Origin: Yuukianura sp. NJ FZ-2021
Taxonomy: Eukaryota
Direction of reading: 5' to 3'
DNA length: 64,000 bases
NCBI GenBank assembly: GCA_046563655.1
Contig: CM102283.1
Coordinates: 5,084,001-5,148,000, forward strand
Of the stretch, positions 49,501 through 62,941 are shown piece by piece (the first letter of the stretch is position 1; every line of letters starts with the position of its first letter). Under the pieces are notes generated by a model. That model saw nothing but the letters and a program-made list of their open reading frames with translations, was not told where the DNA came from and did no database searches. Both the position numbers and the translations under genes were made by a program.

Positions 49501-52500
49501 TGAAAAAAATGAATTTTTTGACAAAAATTGAGCTTGGTTCACTTCAGATGGGCTTTCAGAAGCAAAATATCGGAGTGCAATTTTCAGTTCTCAGATAGCT
49601 CAGAATGACTTTTTGGGGAGTTTTGAATGAAAAAAATGAATTTTTTGACAAAAATTGAGATTGGTTCACTTCAGATGGGCTTTCCGAGGCAAAATATCGG
49701 AGTGCAATTTTCAGTTCTCAGATAGCTCAGAATGACTTTTTGGGGAGTTTTGAATGAAAAAAATGGATTTTTTGACAAAAATTGAGCTTGGTTCACTTCA
49801 GATGGGCTTTCGGAAGCATAATATCGGAGTGCAATTTTCAGTTCTCAGATAGCTCAGAATGACTTTTTGGGGAGTTTTGAATGAAAAAAATGAATTTTTT
49901 GACAAAAATTGAGCTTGGTTCACTTCAGATGGGCTTTCCGAGGCAAAATATCGGAGTGCAATTTTCAGTTCTCAGATAGCTCAGAATGACTTTTTGGGGA
50001 GTTTTGAATGAAAAAAATGAATTTTTTGACAAAAATTGAGCTTGGTTCACTTCAGATGGGCTTTCCGAGGCAAAATATCGGAGTGCAATTTTCAGTTCTC
50101 AGATAGCTCAGAATGACTTTTTGGGGAGTTTTGAATGAAAAAAATGAATTTTTTGACAAAAATTGAGCTTGGTTCACTTCAGATGGGCTTTCCGAGGCAA
50201 AATATCGGAGTGCAATTTTCAGTTCTCAGATAGCTCAGAATGACTTTTTGGGGAGTTTTGAATGAAAAAAATTAATTTTTTGACAAAAATTGAGCATGGT
50301 TCACTTCAGATGGGCATGCCGAGGCAAAATATCGGAGTGCAATTTTCAGTTCTCAGATAGCTCAGAATGACTTTTTGGGGAGTTTTGAATGAAAAAAATG
50401 AATTTTTTGACAAAAATTGAGATTGGTTCACTTCAGATGGGCTTTCCGAGGCAAAATATCGGAGTGCAATTTTCAGTTCTCAGATAGCTCAGAATGACTT
50501 TTTGGGGAGTTTTGAATGAAAAAAATGGAATTTTTTGACAAAAATTGAGCTTGGTTCACTTCAGATGGGCTTTCCGAGGCAAAATATCGGAGTGCAATTT
50601 TCAGTTCTCAGATAGCTCAGAATGACTTTTTGGGGAGTTTTGAATGAAAAATATGAATTTTTTGACAAAAATTGAGATTGGTTCACTTCAGATGGGCTTT
50701 CCGAGGCAAAATATCGGAGTGCAATTTTCAGTTCTCAGATAGCTCAGAATGACTTTTTGGGGAGTTTTCAATGAAAAAAATGGATTTTTTGACAAAAATT
50801 GAGCTTGGTTCACTTCAGATGGGCATTCCGAGGCAAAATATCGGAGTGCAATTTTCAGTTCTCAGATAGCTCAGAATGACTTTTTGGGGAGTTTTGAATG
50901 AAAAAAATGAATTTTTTGACAAAAAGTGAGATTGGTTCACTTCAGATGGGCTTTCCGAGGCAAAATATCGGAGTGCAATTTTCAGTTCTCAGATAGCTCA
51001 GAATGACTTTTTGGGGAGTTTTGAATGAAAAAAATGGATTTTTTGACAAAATTGAGCTTGGTTCACTTCAGATGTGCTTTCCGAGGCAAAATATCGGAGT
51101 GCAATTTTCAGTTCTCAGATAGCTCAGAATGACTTTTGGGGAGTTTTGAATGAAAAAATGAATTTTTTGACAAAAATTGAGATTGGTTCACTTCAGATGG
51201 GCTTTCCGAAGCAAAATATCGGAGTGCAATTTTCAGTTCTCAGATAGCTCAGAATGACTTTTTGGGGAGTTTTGAATGAAAAAAATGAATTTTTTGACAA
51301 AAGTTGAGATTGGTTCACTTCAGATGGGCTTTCCGAGACAAAATATCGGAGTGCAATTTTCAGTTCTCAGATAGCTCAGAATGACTTTTTGGGGAGTTTT
51401 GAATGAAAAAAATGAATTTTTTGACAAAAAGTGAGATTGGTTCACTTCAGATGGGCTTTCCGAGGCAAAATATCGGAGTGCAATTTTCAGTTCTCAGATA
51501 GCTCAGAATGACTTTTTGGGGAGTTTTCAATGAAAAAAAATGGATTTTTTGACAAAAATTGAGCTTGGTTCACTTCAGATGGGCATTCCGAGTCAAAATA
51601 TCGGAGTGCAATTTTCAGTTCTCAGATAGCTCAGAATGACTTTTTGGGGAGTTTTCAATGAAAAAAATGAATTTTTTGACAAAAATTGAGATTGGTTCAC
51701 TTCAGATGGGCTTTCCGAGGCAAAATATCGGAGTGCAATTTTCAGTTCTCAGATAGCTCAGAATGACTTTTTGGGGAGTTTTGAATGAAAAAAATGAATT
51801 TTTTGACAAAATTGAGCTTGGTTCACTTCAGATGGGCTTTCAGAAGCAAAATAGAGGCAAAATATCGGAGTGCAATTTTCAGTTCTCAGATAGCTCAGAA
51901 TGACTTTTTGGGGAGTTTTGAATGAAAAAAATGAATTTTTTGACAAAAATTGAGATTGGTTCACTTCAGATGGGCTTTCCGAGGCAAAATATCGGAGTGC
52001 AATTTTCAGTTCTCAGATAGCTCAGAATGACTTTTTGGGGAGTTTTGAATGAAAAAAATGAATTTTTTGACAAAAATTGAGATTGGTTCACTTCAGATGG
52101 GCTTTCCGAGGCAAAATATCGGAGTGCAATTTTCAGTTCTCAGATAGCTCAGAATGACTTTTTGGGGAGTTTTGAATGAAAAAAATGAATTTTTTGACAA
52201 AAATTGAGCTTGGTTCACTTCAGATGGGCTTTCCGAGGCAAAATATCGGAGTGCAATTTTCAGTTCTCAGATAGCTCAGAATGACTTTTTGGGGAGTTTT
52301 GAATGAAAAAAATGAATTTTTTGACAAAAAGTGAGCTTGGTTCACTTCAGATGGGCTTTCCGAGGCAAAATATCGGAGTGCAATTTTCAGTTCTCAGATT
52401 GCTCAGAATGACTTTTTGGGGAGTTTTGAATAAACAAAATTGATTTTTTGACAAAAATTGAGCTTGGTTCACTTCAGATGGGCTTTCCGAAGGCAAAATA

Positions 52501-55500
52501 TCGGAGTGCAATTTTCAGTTCTCAGATAGCTCAGAATGACTTTTTGGGGAGTTTTGAATGAAAAAAATAAATTTTTTGACAAAAATTGAGATTGGTTCAC
52601 TTCAGATGGGCTTTCCGAGGCAAAATATCGGAGTGCAATTTTCAGTTCTCAGATAGCTCAGAATGACTTTTTGGGGAGTTTTGAATGAAAAAAATGGAAT
52701 TTTTTGACAAAAATTGAGCTTGGTTCACTTCAGATGGGCTTTCCGAGGCAAAATATCGGAGTGCAATTTTCAGTTCTCAGATAGCTCAGAATGACTTTTT
52801 GGGGAGTTTTGAATGAAAAAAATGAATTTTTTGACAAAAATTGAGCTTGGTTCACTTCAGATGGGCTTTCCGAGGCAAAATATCGGAGTGCAATTTTCAG
52901 TTCTCAGATAGCTCAGAATGACTTTTTGGGGAGTTTTGAATGAAAAAAATGAATTTTTTGACAAAAAGTTGAGATTGGTTCACTTCAGATGGGCTTTCCG
53001 AGGCAAAATATCGGAGTGCAATTTTCAGTTCTCAGATAGCTCAGAATGACTTTTTGGGGAGTTTTCAATGAAAAAAATGGATTTTTTGACAAAAATTGAG
53101 ATTGGTTCACTTCAGATGGGCTTTCCGAGGCAAAATATCGGAGTGCAATTTTCAGTTCTCAGATAGCTCAGAATGACTTTTTGGGGAGTTTTGAATGAAA
53201 AAAATGAATTTTTTGACAAAAAGTGAGATTGGTTCACTTCAGATGGGCTTTCCGAGGCAAAATATCGGAGTGCAATTTTCAGTTCTCAGATAGCTCAGAA
53301 TGACTTTTTGGGGAGTTTTGAATGAAAAAAATGGAATTTTTTGACAAAAATTGAGCTTGGTTCACTTCAGATGGGCTTTCCGAGGCAAAATATCGGAGTG
53401 CAATTTTCAGTTCTCAGATAGCTCAGAATGACTTTTTGGGGAGTTTTGAATGAAAAAAATGAATTTTTTGACAAAAATTGAGCTTGGTTCACTTCAGATG
53501 GGCTTTCCGAGGCAAAATATCGGAGTGCAATTTTCAGTTCTCAGATAGCTCAGAATGACTTTTTGGGGAGTTTTGAATGAAAAAAATGAATTTTTTGACA
53601 AAAAGTGAGATTGGTTCACTTCAGATGGGCTTTCCGAGGCAAAATATCGGAGTGCAATTTTCAGTTCTCAGATAGCTCAGAATGACTTTTTGGGGAGTTT
53701 TGAATGAAAAAAATGAATTTTTTGACAAAAATTGAGCTTGGTTCACTTCAGATGGGCTTTCCAGAGGCAAAATATCGGAGTGCAATTTTCAGTTCTCAGA
53801 TAGCTCAGAATGACTTTTTGGGGAGTTTTGAATGAAAAAAATGAATTTTTTGACAAAATTGAGTTTGGTTCACTTCAGATGGGCTTTCCGAGGCAAAATA
53901 TCGGAGTGCAATTTTCAGTTCTCAGATAGCTCAGAATGACTTTTTGGGGAGTTTTGAATGAAAAAAATGAATTTTTTGACAAAAAGTGAGATTGGTTCAC
54001 TTCAGATGGGCTTTCCGAGGCAAAATATCGGAGTGCAATTTTCAGTTCTCAGATAGCTCAGAATGACTTTTTGGGGAGTTTTGAATGAAAAAAAATGAAT
54101 TTTTTGACAAAATTGAGCTTGGTTCACTTCAGATGGGTTTTCAGAAGCAAAATTACGGAGTGCTATCTTCAGTTCTCAGATAGCTCAGAATGACTTTTTG
54201 GGGAGTTTTGAATGAAAAAAATGAATTTTTTGACAAAAAGTGAGATTGGTTCACTTCAGATGGGCTTTCCGAGGCAAAATATCGGAGTGCAATTTTCAGT
54301 TCTCAGATAGCTCAGAATGACTTTTTGGGGAGTTTTGAATGAAAAAAATTAATTTTTTGACAAAAATTGAGCTTAGTTCACTTCAGATGGGCTTTCCGAG
54401 GCAAAATTACGGAGTGCACTTTTCAGTTCTCAGATAGCTAAGAATGACGTTTGGGGGAGTTTTCAATGAACGAAATTGATTTTTTGGACAAAAATTGAGC
54501 TTTGGTTCACTTCAGATGGGCTTTCCGAGGCAAAATATCGGAGTGCAATTTTCAGTTCTCAGAAAGCTCAGAATGACTTTTTGGGGAGTTTTGAATGAAA
54601 AAAAATTAATTTTTTGACAAAAGTTGAGATTGGTTCACTTCAGATTGGCTTTCCGAGGCAAAATATCGGAGTGCAATTTTCAGTTCTCAGATAGCTCAGA
54701 ATGACTTTTTGGGGAGTTTTGAATGAAAAAAATGAATTTTTTGACAAAAATTGAGCTTGGTTCACTTCAGATGTGCTTTCCGAGGCAAAATATCGGAGTG
54801 CAATTTTCAGTTCTCAGATAGCTCAGAATGACTTTTTGGGGAGTTTTCAATGAAAAAAATGGATTTTTTGACAAAAATTGAGATTGGTTCACTTCAGATG
54901 GGCTTTCCGAGGCAAAATATCGGAGTGCAATTTTCAGTTCTCAGATAGCTCAGAATGACTTTTTGGGGAGTTTTGAATGAAAAAAATGAATTTTTTGACA
55001 AAAAGTGAGATTGGTTCACTTCAGATCTGCTTTCCGAGGCAAAATATCGGAGTGCAATTTTCAGTTCTCAGATAGCTCAGAATGACTTTTTGGGGAGTTT
55101 TGAATGAAAAATATGAATTTTTTGACAAAAAGTGAGATTGGTTCACTTCAGATGGGCTTTCCGAGGCAAAATATCGGAGTGCAATTTTCAGTTCTCAGAT
55201 AGCTCAGAATGACTTTTTGGGGAGTTTTGAATGAAAAAAATGGAATTTTTTGACAAAAATTGAGCTTGGTTCACTTCAGATGGGCTTTCCGAGGCAAAAT
55301 ATCGGAGTGCAATTTTCAGTTCTCAGATAGCTCAGAATGACTTTTTGGGGAGTTTTGAATGAAAAAAATGAATTTTTTGACAAAAAGTGAGATTGGTTCA
55401 CTTCAGATGGGCTTTCCGAGGCAAAATATCGGAGTGCAATTTTCAGTTCTCAGATAGCTCAGAATGACTTTTTGGGGAGTTTTGAATGAAAAAATGGAAT

Positions 55501-58500
55501 TTTTTGACAAAAATTGAGCTTGGTTCACTTCAGATGGGCTTTCCGAGGCAAAATATCGGAGTGCAATTTTCAGTTCTCAGATAGCTCAGAATGACTTTTT
55601 GGGGAGTTTTGAATGAAAAAAATGAATTTTTTGACAAAAATTGAGATTGGTTCACTTCAGATGGGCTTTCCGAGGCAAAATATCGGAGTGCAATTTTCAG
55701 TTCTCAGATAGCTCAGAATGACTTTTTGGGGAGTTTTGAATGAAAAAAATGAATTTTTTGACAAAAATTGAGATTGGTTCACTTCAGATGGGCATGCCGA
55801 GGCAAAATATCGGAGTGCAATTTTCAGTTCTCAGATAGCTCATAATGACTTTTTGGGGAGTTTTCAATGAAAAAATGGATTTTTTTGACAAAAATTGAGA
55901 TTGGTTCACTTCAGATTGGCTTTCCGAGGCAAAATATCGGAGTGCAATTTTCAGTTCTCAGATAGCTCAGAATGACTTTTTGGGGAGTTTTGAATGAAAA
56001 AAATGAATTTTTTGACAAAAAATGAGATTGGTTCACTTCAGATGGGCTTTCCGAGGCAAAATATCGGAGTGCAATTTTCAGTTCTCAGATAGCTCAGAAT
56101 GACTTTTTGGGGAGTTTTCAATGAAAAAAAATGGATTTTTTGACAAAAATTGAGATTGGTTCACTTCAGATGGGCTTTCCGAGGCAAAATATCGGAGTGC
56201 AATTTTCAGTTCTCAGAAAGCTCAGAATGACTTTTTGGGGAGTTTTGAATGAAAAAAAAATGAATTTTTTGACAAAAATTGAGCTTGGTTCACTTCAGAT
56301 GGGCTTTCCGAGGCAAAATATCGGAGTGCAATTTTCAGTTCTCAGATAGCTCAGAATGACTTTTTGGGGAGTTTTGAATGAAAAAAATGGAATTTTTTGA
56401 CAAAAATTGAGCTTGGTTCACTTCAGATGGGCTTTCTGATACAAAATATCGGAGTGCAATTTTCAGTTCTCAGATAGCTCAGAATGACTTTTTGGGGAGT
56501 TTTGAATGAAAAAAATGAATTTTTTGACAAAAATTGAGATTGGTTCACTTCAGATGGGCTTTCCGAGGCAAAATATCGGAGTGCAATTTTCAGTTCTCAG
56601 ATAGCTCAGAATGACTTTTTGGGGAGTTTTGAATGAAAAAAATGAATTTTTTGACAAAAATTGAGCTTGGTTCACTTCAGATGGGCTTTCAGAAGGCAAA
56701 ATATCGGAGTGCAATTTTCAGTTCTCAGATAGCTCAGAATGACTTTTTGGGGAGTTTTGAATGAAAAAAATGAATTTTTTGACAAAAATTGAGCTTGGTT
56801 CACTTCAGATGGGCTTTCCGAGGCAAAATATCGGAGTGCAATTTTCAGTTCTCAGAAAGCTCAGAATGACTTTTTGGGGAGTTTTGAATGAAAAAAAAAT
56901 GAATTTTTTGACAAAAAGTGAGATTGGTTCACTTCAGATGGGCTTTCCGAGGCAAAATATCGGAGTGCAATTTTCAGTTCTCAGATAGCTCAGAATGACT
57001 TTTGGGGAGTTTTGAATGAAAAATATGAATTTTTTGACAAAAAGTGAGATTGGTTCACTTCAGATGGGCTTTCCGAAGCAAAATATCGGAGTGCAATTTT
57101 CAGTTCTCAGATAGCTCAGAATGACTTTTTGGGGAGTTTTGAATGAAAAAAATGAATTTTTTGACAAAACGTGAGATTGGTTCACTTCAGATGGGCTTTC
57201 CGAGGCAAAATATCGGAGTGCAATTTTCAGTTCTCAGATAGCTCAGAATGACTTTTTGGGGAGTTTTGAATGAAAAAAATGAATTTTTTGACAAAAATTG
57301 AGATTGGTTCACTTCAGATGGGCTTTCCGAGGCAAAATATCGGAGTGCAATTTTCAGTTCTCAGATAGCTCAGAATGACTTTTTGGGGAGTTTTGAATGA
57401 AAAAAATGGAATTTTTTGACAAAAATTGAGCTTGGTTCACTTCAGATGGGCTTTCCGAAGGCAAAATATCGGAGTGCAATTTTCAGTTCTCAGATAGCTC
57501 AGAATGACTTTTTGGGGAGTTTTGAATGAAAAAAATGGATTTTTTGACAAAAATTGAGATTGGTTCACTTCAGATGGGCTTTCCGAGGCAAAATATCGGA
57601 GTGCAATTTTCAGTTCTCAGATAGCTCAGAATGACTTTTTGGGGAGTTTTCAATGAAAAAAATGGATTTTTTGACAAAAATTGAGCTTGGTTCACTTCAG
57701 ATGGGCTTTCCGAGGCAAAATATCGGAGTGCAATTTTCAGTTCTCAGATAGCTCAGAATGACTTTTTGGGGAGTTTTGAATGAAAAAAATGAATTTTTTG
57801 ACAAAAAGTGAGATTGGTTCACTTCAGATGGGCTTTCCGAGGCAAAATATCGGAGTGCAATTTTCAGTTCTCAGATAGCTCAGAATGACTTTTTGGGGAG
57901 TTTTGAATGAAAAAAATGAATTTTTTGACAAAAATTGAGATTGGTTCACTTCAGATGGGCTTTCCGAGGCAAAATATCGGAGTGCAATTTTCAGTTCTCA
58001 GATAGCTCAGAATGACTTTTTGGGGAGTTTTGAATGAAAAAAATGAATTTTTTGACAAAAATTGAGATTGGTTCACTTCAGATGGGCTTTCCGAGGCAAA
58101 ATATCGGAGTGCAATTTTCAGTTCTCAGATAGCTCAGAATGACTTTTTGGGGAGTTTTGAATGAAAAAAATGGAATTTTTTGACAAAAATTGAGATTGGT
58201 TCACTTCAGATGGGCTTTCCGAGGCAAAATATCGGAGTGCAATTTTCAGTTCTCAGATAGCTCAGAATGACTTTTTGGGGAGTTTTGAATGAAAAAAATG
58301 GATTTTTTGACAAAAATTGAGCTTGGTTCACTTCAGATGGGCTTTCAGAAGCAAAATATCGGAGTGCAATTTTCAGTTCTCAGATAGCTCAGAATGACTT
58401 TCTGGGGAGTTTTGAATGAAAAAAATGAATTTTTTGACAAAAATTGAGCTTGGTTCACTTCAGATGGGCTTTCCGAGGCAAAATATCGGAGTGCAATTTT

Positions 58501-61500
58501 CAGTTCTCAGATAGCTCAGAATGACTTTTTGGGGAGTTTTGAATGAAAAAAATGAATTTTTTGACAAAAATTGAGATTGGTTCACTTCAGATGGGCTTTC
58601 CGAAGCAAAATATCGGAGTGCAATTTTCAGTTCTCAGATAGCTCAGAATGACTTTTTGGGGAGTTTTCAATGAAAAAAATGAATTTTTTGACAAAAATTG
58701 AGCTTGGTTCACTTCAGATGGGCTTTCAGAAGCAAAATATCGGAGTGCAATTTTCAGTTCTCAGATAGCTCAGAATGACTTTTTGGGGAGTTTTGAATGA
58801 AAAAAATGAATTTTTTGACAAAAATTGAGCTTGGTTCACTTCAGATGGGCTTTCCGAGGCAAAATATCGGAGTGCAATTTTCAGTTCTCAGATAGCTCAG
58901 AATGACTTTTTGGGGAGTTTTGAATGAAAAAAATGAATTTTTTGACAAAAATTGAGATTGGTTCACTTCAGATGGGCTTTCCGAGGCAAAATATCGGAGT
59001 GCAATTTTCAGTTCTCAGATAGCTCAGAATGACTTTTTGGGGAGTTTTGAATGAAAAAAATGAATTTTTTGACAAAAATTGAGCTTGGTTCACTTCAGAT
59101 GGGCTTTCCGAGGCAAAATATCGGAGTGCAATTTTCAGTTCTCAGATAGCTCAGAATGACTTTTTGGGGAGTTTTGAATGAAAAAAATGAATTTTTTGAC
59201 AAAAATTGAGCTTGGTTCACTTCAGATGGGCTTTCCGAGGCAAAATATCGGAGTGCAATTTTCAGTTCTCAGATAGCTCAGAATGACTTTTTGGGGAGTT
59301 TTGAATGAAAAAAATTGATTTTTTGACAAAAATTGAGCTTAGTTCACTTCAGATGGGCTTTCAGAGGCAAAATTACGGAGTGCAATTTTCAGTTCTCAGA
59401 TAGCTCAGAATGACTTTTTGGGGAGTTTTGAATGAAAAGAATTAATTTTTTGACAAAAATTGAGCTTGGTTCACTTCAGATGGGCTTTCCGAGGCAAAAT
59501 ATCGGAGTGCAATTTTCAGTTCTCAGATAGCTCAGAATGACTTTTTGGGGAGTTTTGAATGAAAAAAATGGATTTTTTGACAAAAATTGAGCTTGGTTCA
59601 CTTCAGATGGGCTTTCCGAGGCAAAATATCGGAGTGCAATTTTCAGTTCTCAGATAGCTCAGAATGACTTTTTGGGGAGTTTTGAATGAAAAAAATGAAT
59701 TTTTTGACAAAAAGTGAGCTTGGTTCACTTCAGATGGGCTTTCAGAAGCAAAATTACGGAGTGCAATTTTCAGTTCTCAGATAGCTCAGAATGACTTTTT
59801 GGGGAGTTTTGAATGAAAAAAATGAATTTTTTGACAAAAATTGAGCTTGGTTCACTTCAGATGGGCATTCCGAGGCAAAATATCGGAGTGCAATTTTCAG
59901 TTCTCAGATAGCTCAGAATGACTTTTTGGGGAGTTATTAATGAACAAAATTGATTTTTTGGACAAAAATTGAGATCGGTTGACTTCAGATGGGCTTTCAG
60001 AAGCAAAATATCGGAGTGCAATTTTCAGTTCTCAGATAGCTCAGAATGACTTTTTGGGGAGTTTTGAATGAAAAAAATGAATTTTTTGACAAAAAGTGAG
60101 ATTGGTTCACTTCAGATGGGCTTTCCGAGGCAAAATATCGGAGTGCAATTTTCAGTTCTCAGATAGCTCAGAATGACTTTTTGGGGAGTTTTGAATGAAA
60201 AAAATGAATTTTTTGACAAAAATTGAGCTTGGTTCACTTCAGATGGGCTTTCCGAGGCAAAATATCGGAGTGCAATTTTCAGTTCTCAGATAGCTCAGAA
60301 TGTTTTTTTGGGGAGTTTTGAATGAAAAAAATGAATTTTTTGACAAAAGTGAGATTGGTTCACTTCAGATGGGCTTTCCGAGGCAAAATTACGGAGTGCA
60401 ATTTTCAGTTCTCAGATAGCTCAGAATGACATTTTGGGGAGTTTTGAATGAAAAAAAATTGAATTTTTTGACAAAAATTGAGCTTGGTTCACTTCAGATG
60501 GGCTTTCCGAGGCAAAATATCGGAGTGCAATTTTCAGTTCTCAGATAGCTCAGAATGACTTTTTGGGGAGTTTTGAATGAAAAAAATTGATTTTTTGACA
60601 AAAATTGAGCTTAGTTCACTTCAGATGGGCTTTCAGAGGCAAAATTACGGAGTGCAATTTTCAGTTCTCAGATAGCTCAGAATGACTTTTTGGGGAGTTT
60701 TGAATGAAAAAAATGGATTTTTTGACAAAAATTGAGCTTGGTTCACTTCAGATGGGCTTTCCGAGGCAAAATATCGGAGTGCAATTTTCAGTTCTCAGAT
60801 AGCTCAGAATGACTTTTTGGGGAGTTTTGAATGAAAAAAATGAATTTTTTGACAAAAATTGAGATTGGTTCACTTCAGATGGGCTTTCCGAGGCAAAATA
60901 TCGGAGTGCAATTTTCAGTTCTCAGATAGCTCAGAATGACTTTTTGGGGAGTTTTCAATGAAAAAAATGAATTTTTTGACAAAAATTGAGCTTGGTTCAC
61001 TTCAGATGGGCTTTCAGAGGCAAAATATCGGAGTGCAATTTTCAGTTCTCAGATAGCTCAGAATGACTTTTTGGGGAGTTTTGAATGAAAAAAATTAATT
61101 TTTTGACAAAAATTGAGCTTGGTTCACTTCAGATGGGCTTTCCGAGGCAAAATATCGGAGTGCAATTTTCAGTTCTCAGATAGCTCAGAATGACTTTTTG
61201 GGGAGTTTTGAATGAAAAAAATGAATTTTTTGACAAAAATTGAGCTTGGTTCACTTCAGATGGGCTTTCCGAGGCAAAATATCGGAGTGCAATTTTCAGT
61301 TCTCAGATAGCTCAGAATGACTTTTTGGGGAGTTTTGAATGAAAAAAATGAATTTTTTGACAAAAATTGAGCTTGGTTCACTTCAGATGGGCTTTCCGAG
61401 GCAAAATATCGGAGTGCAATTTTCAGTTCTCAGATAGCTCAGAATGACTTTTTGGGGAGTTTTGAATGAAAAAAATGAATTTTTTGACAAAAATTGAGCT

Positions 61501-62841
61501 TGGTTCACTTCAGATGGGCTTTCCGAGGCAAAATATCGGAGTGCAATTTTCAGTTCTCAGATAGCTCAGAATGACTTTTTGGGGAGTTTTGAATGAAAAA
61601 AATTGATTTTTTGACAAAAATTGAGCTTGGTTCACTTCAGATGGGCTTTCCGATGCAAAATATCGGAGTGCAATTTTCAGTTCTCAGATAGCTCAGAATG
61701 ACTTTTTGGGGAGTTTTCAATGAAAAAAATGAATTTTTTGACAAAAATTGAGCTTGGTTCACTTCAGATGTGCTTTCCGAGGCAAAATATCGGAGTGCAA
61801 TTTTCAGTTCTCAGATAGCTCAGAATGACTTTTTGGGGAGTTTTCAATGAAAAAAATGAATTTTTTGACAAAAATTGAGCTTGGTTCACTTCAGATGGGC
61901 TTTCCGAGGCAAAATATCGGAGTGCAATTTTCAGTTCTCAGATAGCTCAGAATGACTTTTTGGGGAGTTTTGAATGAAAAAAATGAATTTTTTGACAAAA
62001 ATTGAGCTTGGTTCACTTCAGATGGGCTTTCAGAAGCAAAATATCGGAGTGCAATTTTCAGTTCTCAGATAGCTCAGAATGACTTTTTGGGGAGTTTTGA
62101 ATGAAAAAAATGAATTTTTTGACAAAAATTGAGCTTGGTTCACTTCAGATGGGCTTTCCGAGGCAAAATATCGGAGTGCAATTTTCAGTTCTCAGATAGC
62201 TCAGAATGACATTTTGGGGAGTTTTGAATGAAAAAAAATTGAATTTTTTGACAAAAATTGAGCTTGGTTCACTTCAGATGGGCTTTCAGAAGCAAAATAT
62301 CGGAGTGCAATTTTCAGTTCTCAGATAGCTCAGAATGACTTTTTGGGGAGTTTTGAATGAAAAAAATGAATTTTTTGACAAAAATTGAGATAGGTTCACT
62401 TCAGATGGGCATTCCGAGGCAAAATTACGGAGTGCAATTTTCAGTTCTCAGATAGCTCAGAATGACATTTTGGGGAGTTTTGAATGAAAAAAATGAATTT
62501 TTTGACAAAAAGTGAGATAGGTTCACTTCAGATGGGCATTCCGAGGCAAAATATCGGAGTGCAATTTTCAGTTCTCAGATAGCTCAGAATGACTTTTTGG
62601 GGTCAATAAAAAAATGAATTTTTTGACAAAATTGAGCTTGGTTCACTTCAGATGGGCTTTCAGAAGCAAAATATCGGAGTGCAATTTTCAGTTCTCAGAT
62701 AGCTCAGAATGACTTTTTGGGGAGTTTTGAATGAAAAAAATGAATTTTTTGACAAAATTGAGCTTGGTTTACTTCAGATGGGCTTTCCGAGGCAAAATAT
62801 CGGAGTGCAATTTTCAGTTCTCAGATAGCTCAGAATGACTT
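4505..62841. repeat. Satellite DNA array, 126/127-bp monomer, about 460 head-to-tail copies (58.3 kb), truncated by an assembly gap
   Basis: Representative monomer (44161-44287): gaatgaaaaaaatgaattttttgacaaaaattgagattggttcacttcagatgggctttccgaggcaaaatatcggagtgcaattttcagttctcagatagctcagaatgactttttggggagtttt. Periods of 127 and 126 were measured (8300 to 8427 to 8553). All copies have one orientation and I saw no foreign insertion. Confidence 0.99.
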
Positions 62842-62941
62842 NNNNNNNNNNNNNNNNNNNNNNNNNNNNNNNNNNNNNNNNNNNNNNNNNNNNNNNNNNN
62901 NNNNNNNNNNNNNNNNNNNNNNNNNNNNNNNNNNNNNNNNN
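62842..62941. other. Assembly gap (100 N)
   Basis: Exactly 100 N, the usual placeholder for a scaffolding gap of unknown size. Confidence 0.98.

Noticed and set aside
28300-56988. ORFs inside the satellite (28300..28545, 33133..33396, 51758..51964, 56131..56349, 56761..56988)
   Set aside because: They are chance read-throughs where an indel or a TAG-to-AAG variant removes the stop found in ordinary monomers. The translations are just the repeated monomer.
4505-62841. CRISPR-like array (constant segment alternating with a variable segment)
   Set aside because: The variable parts are minor allelic variants of one sequence rather than unique spacers. There are no cas genes and the context is eukaryotic.
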